Shown piece by piece: positions 16,525 to 25,653 of a stretch of 48,031 bases of DNA; the stretch's first letter is position 1, and every line of letters starts with the position of its first letter. The stretch spans positions 1 through 48,031 of the forward strand of contig DASUDW010000142.1 of NCBI GenBank assembly GCA_036275415.1, given 5' to 3'. Source of the stretch: Chitinophagaceae bacterium. GTDB taxonomy: Bacteria > Bacteroidota > Bacteroidia > Chitinophagales > Chitinophagaceae. The notes beneath the pieces are model-generated. The model was not told where the DNA came from. It saw only the letters and a program-made list of their open reading frames with translations, and did not search any database. The position numbers were made by a program, and so were the translations under genes.

Positions 16525-17517
16525 TTGAACACATTCGGCCGCCTCTTCCGCATTTCCATCTTTGGTGAATCACATGGTGAGTGTGTGGGTATTACTATTG
16601 ACGGATGTCCGGCCGGTTTATCACTGTCACCGGAAGACTTGTTGCCGGATCTTGAACGAAGAAAAGGCGGTCAGGGTAAAGGCACTACTCCGAGAAAAGA
16701 AGAGGATTATCCCATTTTTAAAAGCGGGGTCTTTAATGGTAAAACCACCGGCTTTCCCATTACTATCTTATTTGAAAATAAAAATACCCGCAGCGAAGAT
16801 TATGAGAAGCAACGGAGTATTCCCCGCCCGGGGCATGCGGACTGGGTGGCACATCAAAAATTCGGCGGCAACGAAGATTACCGGGGCGGAGGGCATTTCA
16901 GTGCCAGGCTGACGGCCGGGTTGGTTGCTGCCGGGGCGATTGCTAAAAAATTAATGAACGATCTGTTAATCAGATCTGAAGTAATAGAAATCGGTGGTGA
17001 AAAAGATTTGGAAAAGGGCCTGCAAAAAGCCATCAATGCTAAAGACTCTGTTGGCGGCATCGTTGAATGCCGTGTCAGCGGATTGCCTGTTGGTTTGGGA
17101 GAACCTTATTTCGATTCACTGGAATCGGCACTGGCCCACATCATATTTGCCATCCCTGCTGTAAGGGGTATTGAATTCGGGACCGGGTTTGCGGCAGCCA
17201 AAATGTTCGGCAGTGAACATAATGATGCCATCGAAAACAGTGAAGGAAAGACAAAGACCAATCATGCCGGTGGCGTAGTTGGCGGCATCAGCAACGGCAA
17301 TGAACTGGTATTCAGGATAGCCATCAAGCCCACTTCCTCTACTCCGAAAGAGCAAAACAGCCTCAACTGGGATACGGGAAAAACAGAAGACTTTTCCATC
17401 AAAGGACGGCATGATCTGTGTGTCGCCCTCAGGGCGCCGGTCATTGTGGAGGCGGTCACTGCCATTGTACTGGCAGATTTTATGTTACTGGAACAAAAAA
17501 TTAAACGGGTGCTATAA
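16525..17517 (+). CDS. aroC: Chorismate synthase
   Basis: FGESHG, RPGHAD, RGGGHFSAR, KPTSS, GRHD; TTG start. Confidence 0.96.
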   Translation: MNTFGRLFRISIFGESHGECVGITIDGCPAGLSLSPEDLLPDLERRKGGQGKGTTPRKEEDYPIFKSGVFNGKTTGFPITILFENKNTRSEDYEKQRSIPRPGHADWVAHQKFGGNEDYRGGGHFSARLTAGLVAAGAIAKKLMNDLLIRSEVIEIGGEKDLEKGLQKAINAKDSVGGIVECRVSGLPVGLGEPYFDSLESALAHIIFAIPAVRGIEFGTGFAAAKMFGSEHNDAIENSEGKTKTNHAGGVVGGISNGNELVFRIAIKPTSSTPKEQNSLNWDTGKTEDFSIKGRHDLCVALRAPVIVEAVTAIVLADFMLLEQKIKRVL

Positions 17518-17816
17518 TGCCTATCATTTATCATATCGCATTTAAAGAAGCATGGGAAGAAGCCCTGCAAAAGGGTTATTATGATCATCCTTCACTGAAA
17601 GAAGAAGGATTTATCCATTGCTCCCAGGAAAACCAGGTGGCCGGTGTGCTGGAAAGATATTTTCCCGGCAAAACCGGTTTGGTAAAACTGGTAATCGACA
17701 CGGATAAACTGACCAGCAAATATGTGTTTGACTGGTCGCCTTCCACACAGGATACTTTTCCGCACATTTACGGCCCTGTTAACCTGGATGCTGTTACAGA
17801 GGTGAAATCGTTATAA
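17517..17816 (+). CDS. DUF952 family protein
   Basis: IYHI...W, SLKEEGFIHCS...Q, FPHIYGP; TAATG coupling to aroC. Confidence 0.85.
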   Translation: MPIIYHIAFKEAWEEALQKGYYDHPSLKEEGFIHCSQENQVAGVLERYFPGKTGLVKLVIDTDKLTSKYVFDWSPSTQDTFPHIYGPVNLDAVTEVKSL

Positions 17817-18539
17817 GCGTTTCTGCAACTTTTTGAATGGGATGTCGAGCAGTTCATATGGTTTGCTGTCTGCAAAGGAGTAATGCCACCATTCATCTTT
17901 GTATGCTTTGAAGCCATATTTCTCCATCACCGTTTTCAGTAATATCCTGTTCTGCAAAACATCTTCCGGCAGATTGCTGAAATCATGGTGGGCGGTATCC
18001 GAGAAATTATCAAAGCCGGTGCCCATGTTCAATTCTTCCCGGGAAGCCAGTTGTATGATGGTCAGGTCTACTGTAGTGCCCCTGTTATGTCCGCTCCCTT
18101 TTGCCGGGTTGGCCACATAGCGTTCATCCTTCACCAGTTCCCAGAATTTTACCGTTACGGCATAGGGCCGGTAGGCATCAAAGATCTTTAGTCCCAGCCC
18201 TTTTTCTTTCAATTCCTCCTGCACCGCTTGCAGTGCAGTGGCAGCCTTCACCCGTAGAAAAGTCTTGCGGGTTTTTGGGGGATACATAGCCCTGTTCATG
18301 AAATTGTTCTTTGTGGCATATCGAAGGTCATACACCACCCCGGGAATCCTGCTTTTCAGTTCCACCATTTTTTTATCCGGGTCATCGGAAACCTGGTGCC
18401 GGTAATCTGTATACGAACTCGTAACCGGTGGCCGGGTATCAGCAGCCGGCTGGGCAACAGCGGTACCAGCCGCTGCTAACAAAAAAAAGAGGGCAGGGGC
18501 CTTACTTATCCTGAAACGATTGCTTATATTGGTAATCAT
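17811..18539 (-). CDS. M15 family D-Ala-D-Ala dipeptidase (VanX/DdpX-like) with signal peptide
   Basis: YDLRYATKNNF, FDAYRP, SGHNRGTTVD, MGTGFD, EWWHYS. Confidence 0.9.
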   Translation of the reverse strand: MITNISNRFRISKAPALFFLLAAAGTAVAQPAADTRPPVTSSYTDYRHQVSDDPDKKMVELKSRIPGVVYDLRYATKNNFMNRAMYPPKTRKTFLRVKAATALQAVQEELKEKGLGLKIFDAYRPYAVTVKFWELVKDERYVANPAKGSGHNRGTTVDLTIIQLASREELNMGTGFDNFSDTAHHDFSNLPEDVLQNRILLKTVMEKYGFKAYKDEWWHYSFADSKPYELLDIPFKKLQKRL

Positions 18540-18597
18540 ATCCGCTGTTTGAAAAGTAAGATACTATAAAACAGCGGATGCCTATACCATCCACTTT

Positions 18598-20292
18598 ATG
18601 CGCCGCCGTATCATTTATCATATCAGTTTTACCGGAATTTTCTTGTGCTGCTTTTTTATCATAGCCTGCCAGGATACTACCCCCAAAGGCGAAACCATCG
18701 CTGCCACCCCGGAAGAGATGCAGCAGAAAGCCGCCGGATTGATAAAGGATTTCATCAGCAAGGCCACAGCAGATTCCGGAAAAACAATTGATTCTTTTGT
18801 ATTGCTGAAACAGGGCCCCCTTTGCAAGCAGGTATACGACACCGTTAATTTTATACCCCGCTGGAGCAGGGAAGAAAAATGGCTGCCTGCCGGTGATTCG
18901 GTCTATGCCTTTATAGAAGGTGCTAAACGCTATGGCCTTTTCCCCGAAGATTATCACTACGGCAGCCTTAAAGAGATAAGGGGAAGGTTTTTTGCCGACA
19001 GCCTTTCCCGCGGCGACAGGAAAGATGCCCTGTGGTGGGCAAGGGCAGATGTATTGCTGACCGATGCCTTTTTCCAGCTCATCAGGGATATTAAGCTCGG
19101 GCGCCTGCCCAATGACAGCGTCACGCTGCGAAAAGATTCCGTCTTGTCAGATGCCTTTTACAAAGATCAATGGACACAACTGCAGCAAACCCATTCCATC
19201 ACTGCTCTTGCCAATGCACTGGAGCCGGTCCATAAAGGATATCAACTGCTGAAGGCTGCCATCCCCGTTTTTTTGAACAGTGCGGAAAACAAGGAATATA
19301 CCCTGGTGCCAGCTCCCGGTAAAGATCCAACCCTCTTTAAAAAGGCTTTGCAGCAAAGATTATTTGAAGGCGGCTATATCGCTTTCGACAGTGTAGCGGC
19401 AGATTCGGTGCAACTGGCAGAGGCAGTTAAAAAATTCCAGAAGGCAAAAGGTATCACGGTAGACGGTAAGGCCGGCGAGGGCACTGTCAGGATGCTGAAC
19501 ATCAACGACCGGGAACGATTCGTTCGCATAGCTATCAGTATGGACAAGTTCAAATTACTGCCGGAACAAATGCCTGTAAAATATGTTTGGGTAAATGCGG
19601 CGGCCAACAATATGCAGTTGGTGGACGGGGGAGAGGTGAAAATTGCTTCCCGGGTCATTACCGGAAAACCAAAGACCCGCACACCTATGCTTACCAGTGC
19701 CATTAATGCCCTGATCACCTACCCGCAATGGGTGCCGCCACCGAGCATTGTGCAAAAAGAGATATTGCCGGCCGTAAAGAAGAATCCGGGTTACCTCGGC
19801 CGCAAAGGGTTCAGCCTGCTGGATAAAGACGGTAATGAAGTGGATCCCTACACGGTGGACTGGACCAAATATTCAAAAACAGTTCCCTATCGCATTGTGC
19901 AGGGCAGCGGCGATGCCAATGCCCTTGGCATCATGAAATTTGTGTTTGACAATAAGTATTCCGTTTACCTGCATGATACCAATCAGCGGTATCTTTTTGG
20001 CAATGCCATGCGGTCGCTCAGCCATGGTTGTGTGAGGGTGCAGGAATGGCAACCACTGGCTTACTGGCTGCTGCGCAATGACAGTGTGGGCGGCGGGGGA
20101 AGGTCCACCCGGGTAGATTCGGTGAAAATATGGCTGGCCAATAAGCAAAAACGGACTATTCCGCTGCGCAACAAGGTGCCGGTATTCATCCGCTACATTA
20201 CCTGCGATGTGCTGGACGGAAAGCTGGTTTTTTTTGATGATGTGTACGGTGACGACAAATACCTGAGGGAGAAATACTTTGCCGGTAAATGA
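18598..20292 (+). CDS. L,D-transpeptidase (YcbB/LdtD-like lipoprotein with peptidoglycan-binding domain)
   Basis: Lipobox IIAC; AVKKFQKAKGITVDG (PG-binding); NALGIMKF, YLHDT, SHGCVRV. Confidence 0.9.
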   Translation: MRRRIIYHISFTGIFLCCFFIIACQDTTPKGETIAATPEEMQQKAAGLIKDFISKATADSGKTIDSFVLLKQGPLCKQVYDTVNFIPRWSREEKWLPAGDSVYAFIEGAKRYGLFPEDYHYGSLKEIRGRFFADSLSRGDRKDALWWARADVLLTDAFFQLIRDIKLGRLPNDSVTLRKDSVLSDAFYKDQWTQLQQTHSITALANALEPVHKGYQLLKAAIPVFLNSAENKEYTLVPAPGKDPTLFKKALQQRLFEGGYIAFDSVAADSVQLAEAVKKFQKAKGITVDGKAGEGTVRMLNINDRERFVRIAISMDKFKLLPEQMPVKYVWVNAAANNMQLVDGGEVKIASRVITGKPKTRTPMLTSAINALITYPQWVPPPSIVQKEILPAVKKNPGYLGRKGFSLLDKDGNEVDPYTVDWTKYSKTVPYRIVQGSGDANALGIMKFVFDNKYSVYLHDTNQRYLFGNAMRSLSHGCVRVQEWQPLAYWLLRNDSVGGGGRSTRVDSVKIWLANKQKRTIPLRNKVPVFIRYITCDVLDGKLVFFDDVYGDDKYLREKYFAGK

Positions 20293-20436
20293 GTTTTTTG
20301 ACCGCCCCTTTTTGCGGTCCTGCTGCCGGGCCAAAACAACCCCTTCCAAAACGGTGAATATTAAGTAAATAATTTATTTTCGGATATTGAACTTAGCCGT
20401 TATTTTTGTCGAGATTTAAAACCAAACTATCTCTTT

Positions 20437-21837
20437 ATGAAGAAGATATTATCTGCATTGTTTGCACTGTACCTGCTTGTGCCGGCCAGTTACGGGCAAA
20501 ACGATGAAATCAGGCCACAGGCTCTGGGCCTCAGTTTCTTTATGAACGACTTTGTTACGCCTTCCCGTATCCGCACCACTTCATTGAACCAGGTTATCAG
20601 GGATAAAAGTTTTGCAAGAATGAGGGATATGTCTCCCGGTCTTGCTGTAAATTATTTCCGCGGTGTAGCAAAACATGTTGACATTGCTGCTTCATTGGGC
20701 GGTTCTTTTGTTCGCTACCCCATGCCCAACAGAAGTTTTTCTATCAATAATTTACTGCTGGAAGCCAATGCGTCTTTGAACCTGAAAATGACTACGGAAA
20801 AATATTGGGTACAGCCTTACCTTTCACTGGGTGTGGGTGGTCACAAATACCGTTCTTATTATGGTGCCTTCCTCCCGCTGGGTGTGGGCGCAAAAGTAAA
20901 CCTGTTTGATGAGGCACACGTCTTCATCACTTCTACCTACAGGGTGCCTGTTACTACCGAAACAGCCAATTATCATCTTCAGCATAGTATTGGTTTTGCC
21001 GGCCGTTTGGGTAAGAAAAAAGAAGCTGCACCCGTAGTGCTCGACAGGGATAAGGATGGTGTACCTGATGCAGCTGATGCCTGCCCCGATGATCCGGGAC
21101 CTGCTGCCCTGCAGGGTTGCCCCGACAGGGATGGAGATGGTATTCCTGACAAGGATGATAAGTGTCCTGATGTAAAAGGACTGGCTAAATACCAGGGTTG
21201 CCCCATCCCCGATACCGATAAAGATGGTATCAACGATGAAGAAGATAAATGTCCTACGGTTCCCGGTTTGGCCCGTTACCAGGGTTGTCCGATACCCGAT
21301 ACTGATAAAGATGGTATCAACGACGAAGAAGATAAATGTCCTACTGTTCCCGGCGTGGCCCGCTACCAGGGTTGCCCGATCCCCGATACCGATGGCGATG
21401 GTGTAAATGATGAAGAAGACAAGTGTGTAACCATCCCCGGACCGAAAGAGAACTTTGGTTGCCCCATCATCCCCGAAGAAGTGAAGAAGCGGGTTGATTT
21501 TGCCGCCAAGAATATCCTCTTCGTTACCGGAAGCTATAAGCTGCAGTCCAAATCTTACAAAGGATTGAATGATGTGGCCAAGATCATGACAGAAAATCCG
21601 GGTATGACACTCGATATCGCCGGTCATACAGACAATGTGGGCGCCGATGATAAGAACATGACGCTGAGCCAGAACAGGGCCAACGCCGTTAAGGCTTACC
21701 TGGTGAGCAAGGGAGTGGCCGAAAGCCGCATTACCGCTACCGGTTATGGTGAAACCATGCCGATTGCTACCAATGCCACTGCCGCCGGCCGTCAGCAGAA
21801 CCGCCGTTCTGAACTGAAGCTGAGCTATTATAAATAA
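20437..21837 (+). CDS. OmpA family protein with thrombospondin type-3-like repeats
   Basis: Signal peptide, beta-barrel N-domain, DxDxDG...DKCP repeats, GHTDNVG, LSQNRA, NRR; TATTTTTG promoter at 20401-20408. Confidence 0.93.
   Translation: MKKILSALFALYLLVPASYGQNDEIRPQALGLSFFMNDFVTPSRIRTTSLNQVIRDKSFARMRDMSPGLAVNYFRGVAKHVDIAASLGGSFVRYPMPNRSFSINNLLLEANASLNLKMTTEKYWVQPYLSLGVGGHKYRSYYGAFLPLGVGAKVNLFDEAHVFITSTYRVPVTTETANYHLQHSIGFAGRLGKKKEAAPVVLDRDKDGVPDAADACPDDPGPAALQGCPDRDGDGIPDKDDKCPDVKGLAKYQGCPIPDTDKDGINDEEDKCPTVPGLARYQGCPIPDTDKDGINDEEDKCPTVPGVARYQGCPIPDTDGDGVNDEEDKCVTIPGPKENFGCPIIPEEVKKRVDFAAKNILFVTGSYKLQSKSYKGLNDVAKIMTENPGMTLDIAGHTDNVGADDKNMTLSQNRANAVKAYLVSKGVAESRITATGYGETMPIATNATAAGRQQNRRSELKLSYYK
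21190..21450 (+). repeat. About 3 x 87-bp coding repeats (TSP3-like, 29 aa)
   Basis: TACCAGGGTTG units start at 21190, 21277 and 21364. Confidence 0.9.
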
Positions 21838-21860
21838 TAAGTACTATTCTTTTAAATAGT

Positions 21861-21893
21861 AAAATGTCCCGGTAATGCCGGGACATTTTTTTT
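21861..21893 (+). terminator. Intrinsic terminator after ompA
   Basis: AAAATGTCCCGG-taatg-CCGGGACATTTT plus T tract. Confidence 0.88.
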
Positions 21894-22097
21894 ATATAAG
21901 CATATCTGAAATTAATACTTTGTTTAAGAAGTTAATTTTTCAATTATTTATAGCTAAACAAATTATAAGCACATGCGATAATTATGGTTAAAGCTATTGA
22001 TAATGAGAAATTTCATTAATGCTACAACTTATCAACACAATATTGAACCAGGATCATATTTATTAGTTCTCAGGTTCTTTTTTCCAAATAATTGACC

Positions 22098-22105
22098 TAC
22101 CTTTG
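22098..22105 (+). promoter_or_regulatory. -7 promoter element for fusA
   Basis: TACCTTTG followed by CGCCGC, downstream of an AT-rich tract. Confidence 0.65.
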
Positions 22106-22380
22106 CGCCGCCATTAAGAAAAGCTACAGGTGGAAATGATAAGTTGATAGGGTGGTTTTCTTCAAGTGGCAGTCTATGAGAGTCTGAACTACCATATACT
22201 CCCCCTCCGCCACCACTGGCGGAAACCTGACCGGGGATTACAGGCCGGCCGGCCTGGCAACCAGGCATTAGCAACAATAAATAAAGTATCCGCCAAAGGC
22301 GGTAAAAGAAGATAACCGGGGCAAAAAACCCGACAGCATAAATAAATCTTAACTCTAAATCTTAAAATTAATAAGCAGTC

Positions 22381-24525
22381 ATGGCAGACTTAAAATTTCA
22401 AAGAAACTTTGGTATTGCAGCGCATATCGATGCTGGAAAGACCACAACGACGGAGCGTATCCTCCGCTACACCGGTATGATCCACCGAATTGGTGAGGTG
22501 CATGATGGCGCCGCTACCACCGACTGGATGGAGCAGGAAAAAGAAAGAGGTATTACCATTACTTCAGCTGCCGTTAGCTGTAAATGGAATTTCCCTACTG
22601 AAAAAGGAAAAGCTACTGCTGATACCAAACCCTATTCCTTTAATATAATCGATACTCCCGGCCACGTAGATTTTACCGTGGAGGTAGAACGTTCCATGCG
22701 GGTACTGGATGGACTGATTGCCCTGTTCTCTGCCGTAGATGGTGTGGAGCCCCAGTCAGAAACCGTTTGGCGCCAGGCTAACCGCTATGGTGTACCCCGT
22801 ATCGGTTTCGTCAATAAAATGGACCGTGCCGGTGCCGACTTCCTGAATGTAGTAAAGCAGGTAAAAGAAATGCTGGGTTCCAAAGCGGTGCCCCTGCAGT
22901 TGCCTATTGGCGCTGAGGATGATTTCAAAGGCGTGGTGGACCTGATCAAAATGAAAGGGATCATCTGGCATATGGAAACAGAAGGAATGACTTTCGATGA
23001 AATAGATATTCCGGCTGATATGGTGGAAGAAGCCAAAGAGTGGAGGGCCAACCTCGTGGAAGCCGTGGCAGAATACGATGACCACCTGATGGAGAAATTC
23101 TTCGAAAATCCGGACAGCATCAGCGAAGCGGAAATCCATGAAGCCATCCGTAAGGCTACCATCGACCTGAGCATTGTGCCCATGATGTGCGGTTCTTCTT
23201 TTAAGAATAAAGGCGTACAAACTGCCCTGGATGGTGTGTGCCGCTACCTGCCCAGCCCGATAGATATTCCTGATACTAAAGGAACTCATCCGGATACCGG
23301 CGAAGAACTGGTACGCAAGGCAGATCCGAAAGAACCCTTTGCGGCCCTGGCCTTCAAGATCATGACTGACCCCTTTGTAGGTCGTCTGGCCTTCTTCCGC
23401 TGCTATAGCGGTCACCTTGATGCGGGTTCTTATGTACTGAACGTACGTAGCGGTAAGAAAGAAAGGATCAGCCGTATCATGAAGATGTTTGCCAACAAAC
23501 AAAACCCGATCGATTTCATCGAAGCAGGTGATATCGGTGCGGCTGTAGGTTTCAAAGAAATCAAAACCGGTGATACGCTGTGTGATGAGAACCACCCGAT
23601 CACTTTGGAAAATATGTTTATCCCCGAGCCGGTGATCTCTGTGGCGGTAGAGCCAAAGACACAGGCCGACGTAGATAAAATGGGTATGGCTATTGCCAAA
23701 CTCGTGGAAGAAGATCCTACACTGCGTGTAAGGACCGATGAGGAAACCGGGCAGACCATCCTTTCCGGTATGGGTGAATTGCACCTTGAGATCATCGTAG
23801 ATCGTATGAAGCGGGAGTTTAAGGTAGAAGTGAACCAGGGCGCACCGCAGGTGGCTTATAAAGAAGCTTTCCAGGCTACAGTAGAGCACAGGGAAACGCT
23901 GAAAAAGCAGACAGGTGGCCGTGGTAAATTCGCCGATATCGTATTCAATCTCGGACCAGTAGATGCTGAATGGCAGACTGAGAACCCGGATAAGAACTAC
24001 CAGTTCGTAAACGACCTGTTTGGTGGTTCTATCCCAAGGGAATTCGTTCCGGCTATCCAGAAAGGTTTTGAGCAGGCCATGACAACAGGTGTATTAGCCA
24101 GCTATCCGGTTGCCAACATGAAGATCCGTGTATTTGACGGAAGCTTCCATGCTGTGGACTCTGACTCTATGTCTTTTGAATTGTGCGCCAAGCAAGGTTT
24201 CCGTGAAGCAGCCCGTAAAGCCAAGCCGGTATTGCTGGAGCCAATCATGAGAGTAGAGGTGGTAACCCCTGACCAATATATGGGTGACGTAACAGGTGAC
24301 TTGAACCGTCGTCGTGGTATGATGGAAGGAATGGACAGCCGAGCCGGTGCACAGGTAATCAAGGCCAAAGTACCGCTGAGCGAAATGTTTGGTTATGTAA
24401 CCCAGCTTCGCTCACTGAGTTCCGGCCGTGCCTCTTCTACCATGGAATTCTCTCATTACTCTCCTGCCCCTAACAATATTGCAGAAGAAGTAATTGCAAA
24501 AGTGAAAGGTAAGGTGAGTGCTTAA
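22381..24525 (+). CDS. fusA: Elongation factor G
   Basis: [44 protein letters not shown]. Confidence 0.98.
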   Translation: MADLKFQRNFGIAAHIDAGKTTTTERILRYTGMIHRIGEVHDGAATTDWMEQEKERGITITSAAVSCKWNFPTEKGKATADTKPYSFNIIDTPGHVDFTVEVERSMRVLDGLIALFSAVDGVEPQSETVWRQANRYGVPRIGFVNKMDRAGADFLNVVKQVKEMLGSKAVPLQLPIGAEDDFKGVVDLIKMKGIIWHMETEGMTFDEIDIPADMVEEAKEWRANLVEAVAEYDDHLMEKFFENPDSISEAEIHEAIRKATIDLSIVPMMCGSSFKNKGVQTALDGVCRYLPSPIDIPDTKGTHPDTGEELVRKADPKEPFAALAFKIMTDPFVGRLAFFRCYSGHLDAGSYVLNVRSGKKERISRIMKMFANKQNPIDFIEAGDIGAAVGFKEIKTGDTLCDENHPITLENMFIPEPVISVAVEPKTQADVDKMGMAIAKLVEEDPTLRVRTDEETGQTILSGMGELHLEIIVDRMKREFKVEVNQGAPQVAYKEAFQATVEHRETLKKQTGGRGKFADIVFNLGPVDAEWQTENPDKNYQFVNDLFGGSIPREFVPAIQKGFEQAMTTGVLASYPVANMKIRVFDGSFHAVDSDSMSFELCAKQGFREAARKAKPVLLEPIMRVEVVTPDQYMGDVTGDLNRRRGMMEGMDSRAGAQVIKAKVPLSEMFGYVTQLRSLSSGRASSTMEFSHYSPAPNNIAEEVIAKVKGKVSA

Positions 24526-24549
24526 CCGCCTCATCTGATCATAAAGAGC

Positions 24550-24583
24550 AACCCCGTTCCGCTAAGCCGGAACGGGGTTTTTT
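24550..24583 (+). terminator. Intrinsic terminator after fusA
   Basis: AACCCCGTTCCG-ctaagc-CGGAACGGGGTT plus TTTT. Confidence 0.9.
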
Positions 24584-24734
24584 GATAGATGAAATATTAA
24601 TCAGGGTCAAGCTTATTCGGAGGTCATGGCATCATAATTGCAAACGTATAGGCAGTTCCCCGTTTTTAAGATTCCAGGATTGGTCCCATGAAATGAAAAA
24701 CATTTTTGCTTGAGTGTCCCGGGCAAAGGATCCG

Positions 24735-25619
24735 TTAACGGGTCCTTTCCTGTTTCAGTGGGTCTTTAAAGATATACCAGGCCCCGGTAGCCGACACCAC
24801 CAGTGTGATGAGATAGAACAACAGGCTGATAATAACGGCCGTTTCCCCGGATAGTCCGAAATAGGCAGCGCCTTCCAGGAAGACCACTTCCCGTATGCCA
24901 AGGCCGCCAATGGTAAGCGGTAATACCGATACAACGGAAGAGACCAGGAAAATAAAGAGGCAGGCCAACTGGTTTTCTTTGACTCCCAGCGACAGCATAA
25001 TGAAATAGATACAAACCAGCTGAACGGCCTGTACCAGTAATCCCAGCAGCAGGGTTGACCCAAAGCCCGGTATAAAATCCCTGAACCAGCGAAGGACGCT
25101 GAAATAAAAACCGCCCAGGGCGGCAAGGGCAGCGGCAGTCAGCAGCAGACTGTATGGCGGAGCCAGCAGGAAGAAGCTACAGGCAGCAAGCAATAAGCCC
25201 AGCCCCAGCAAACCACTGAAGCGGTCGAGCAAAACGGCAGCAGTCGTTTTTTTATATGAGAGGGCATATCTTTTTGTCAGCACAATGACCTTATAGGCAT
25301 CCCCGCTCACCGAGCCGGGAAGGAAGAGGTTGTAAAACATACCGATGAGGTATAAGCGAATATTTTGTCCTTCACTGAGGCTGATGCCAATATTCCTGAA
25401 ATAGATATTCAACCTTACGGCTGAAATGAGTTTTGACAACACAAATACCAACAGGGCCACCAGCAACAGGAACCAGTCGGACCTGCCCAGTACCTCCTTT
25501 GTTTTGGCCACATCAATCTTACCGGATACATACCAGAGGCAGGCCGCCATTACTGCTATTTTGAGCAGCAGCTTCAGGAATTTTACCCCTCGGGGAGGTG
25601 GCTTTGCCGGTTGGTCCAT
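24735..25619 (-). CDS. Lysylphosphatidylglycerol synthase TM / flippase-like (UPF0104) membrane protein
   Basis: FYNLFLPGSVSGDAYK, LDRFSG, LPLTIGGLGIRE; many TM helices; start at MDQP. Confidence 0.85.
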   Translation of the reverse strand: MDQPAKPPPRGVKFLKLLLKIAVMAACLWYVSGKIDVAKTKEVLGRSDWFLLLVALLVFVLSKLISAVRLNIYFRNIGISLSEGQNIRLYLIGMFYNLFLPGSVSGDAYKVIVLTKRYALSYKKTTAAVLLDRFSGLLGLGLLLAACSFFLLAPPYSLLLTAAALAALGGFYFSVLRWFRDFIPGFGSTLLLGLLVQAVQLVCIYFIMLSLGVKENQLACLFIFLVSSVVSVLPLTIGGLGIREVVFLEGAAYFGLSGETAVIISLLFYLITLVVSATGAWYIFKDPLKQERTR

Positions 25620-25653
25620 AATGCAGTAAATTGTTGCAAGTAAACCCAATTTG

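Noticed and set aside
17811-18539. Vancomycin resistance locus
   Set aside because: Only a VanX-like peptidase; no ligase, dehydrogenase or two-component genes nearby
20824-21627. 267-aa antisense ORF in ompA
   Set aside because: Shadow frame produced by codon bias and TSP3 repeats
21894-22097. Very AT-rich tract as possible foreign DNA or replication origin
   Set aside because: Short, lies upstream of a strong promoter, and I saw no DnaA-box cluster or mobile-element ends
22032-22277. 81-aa minus-strand ORF upstream of fusA
   Set aside because: Non-ATG start and low-complexity translation of the GC-rich hairpins; better explained as an RNA leader on the plus strand
22756-23889. 377-aa antisense ORF in fusA
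   Set aside because: Typical antisense open frame of a highly expressed gene; no protein motifs
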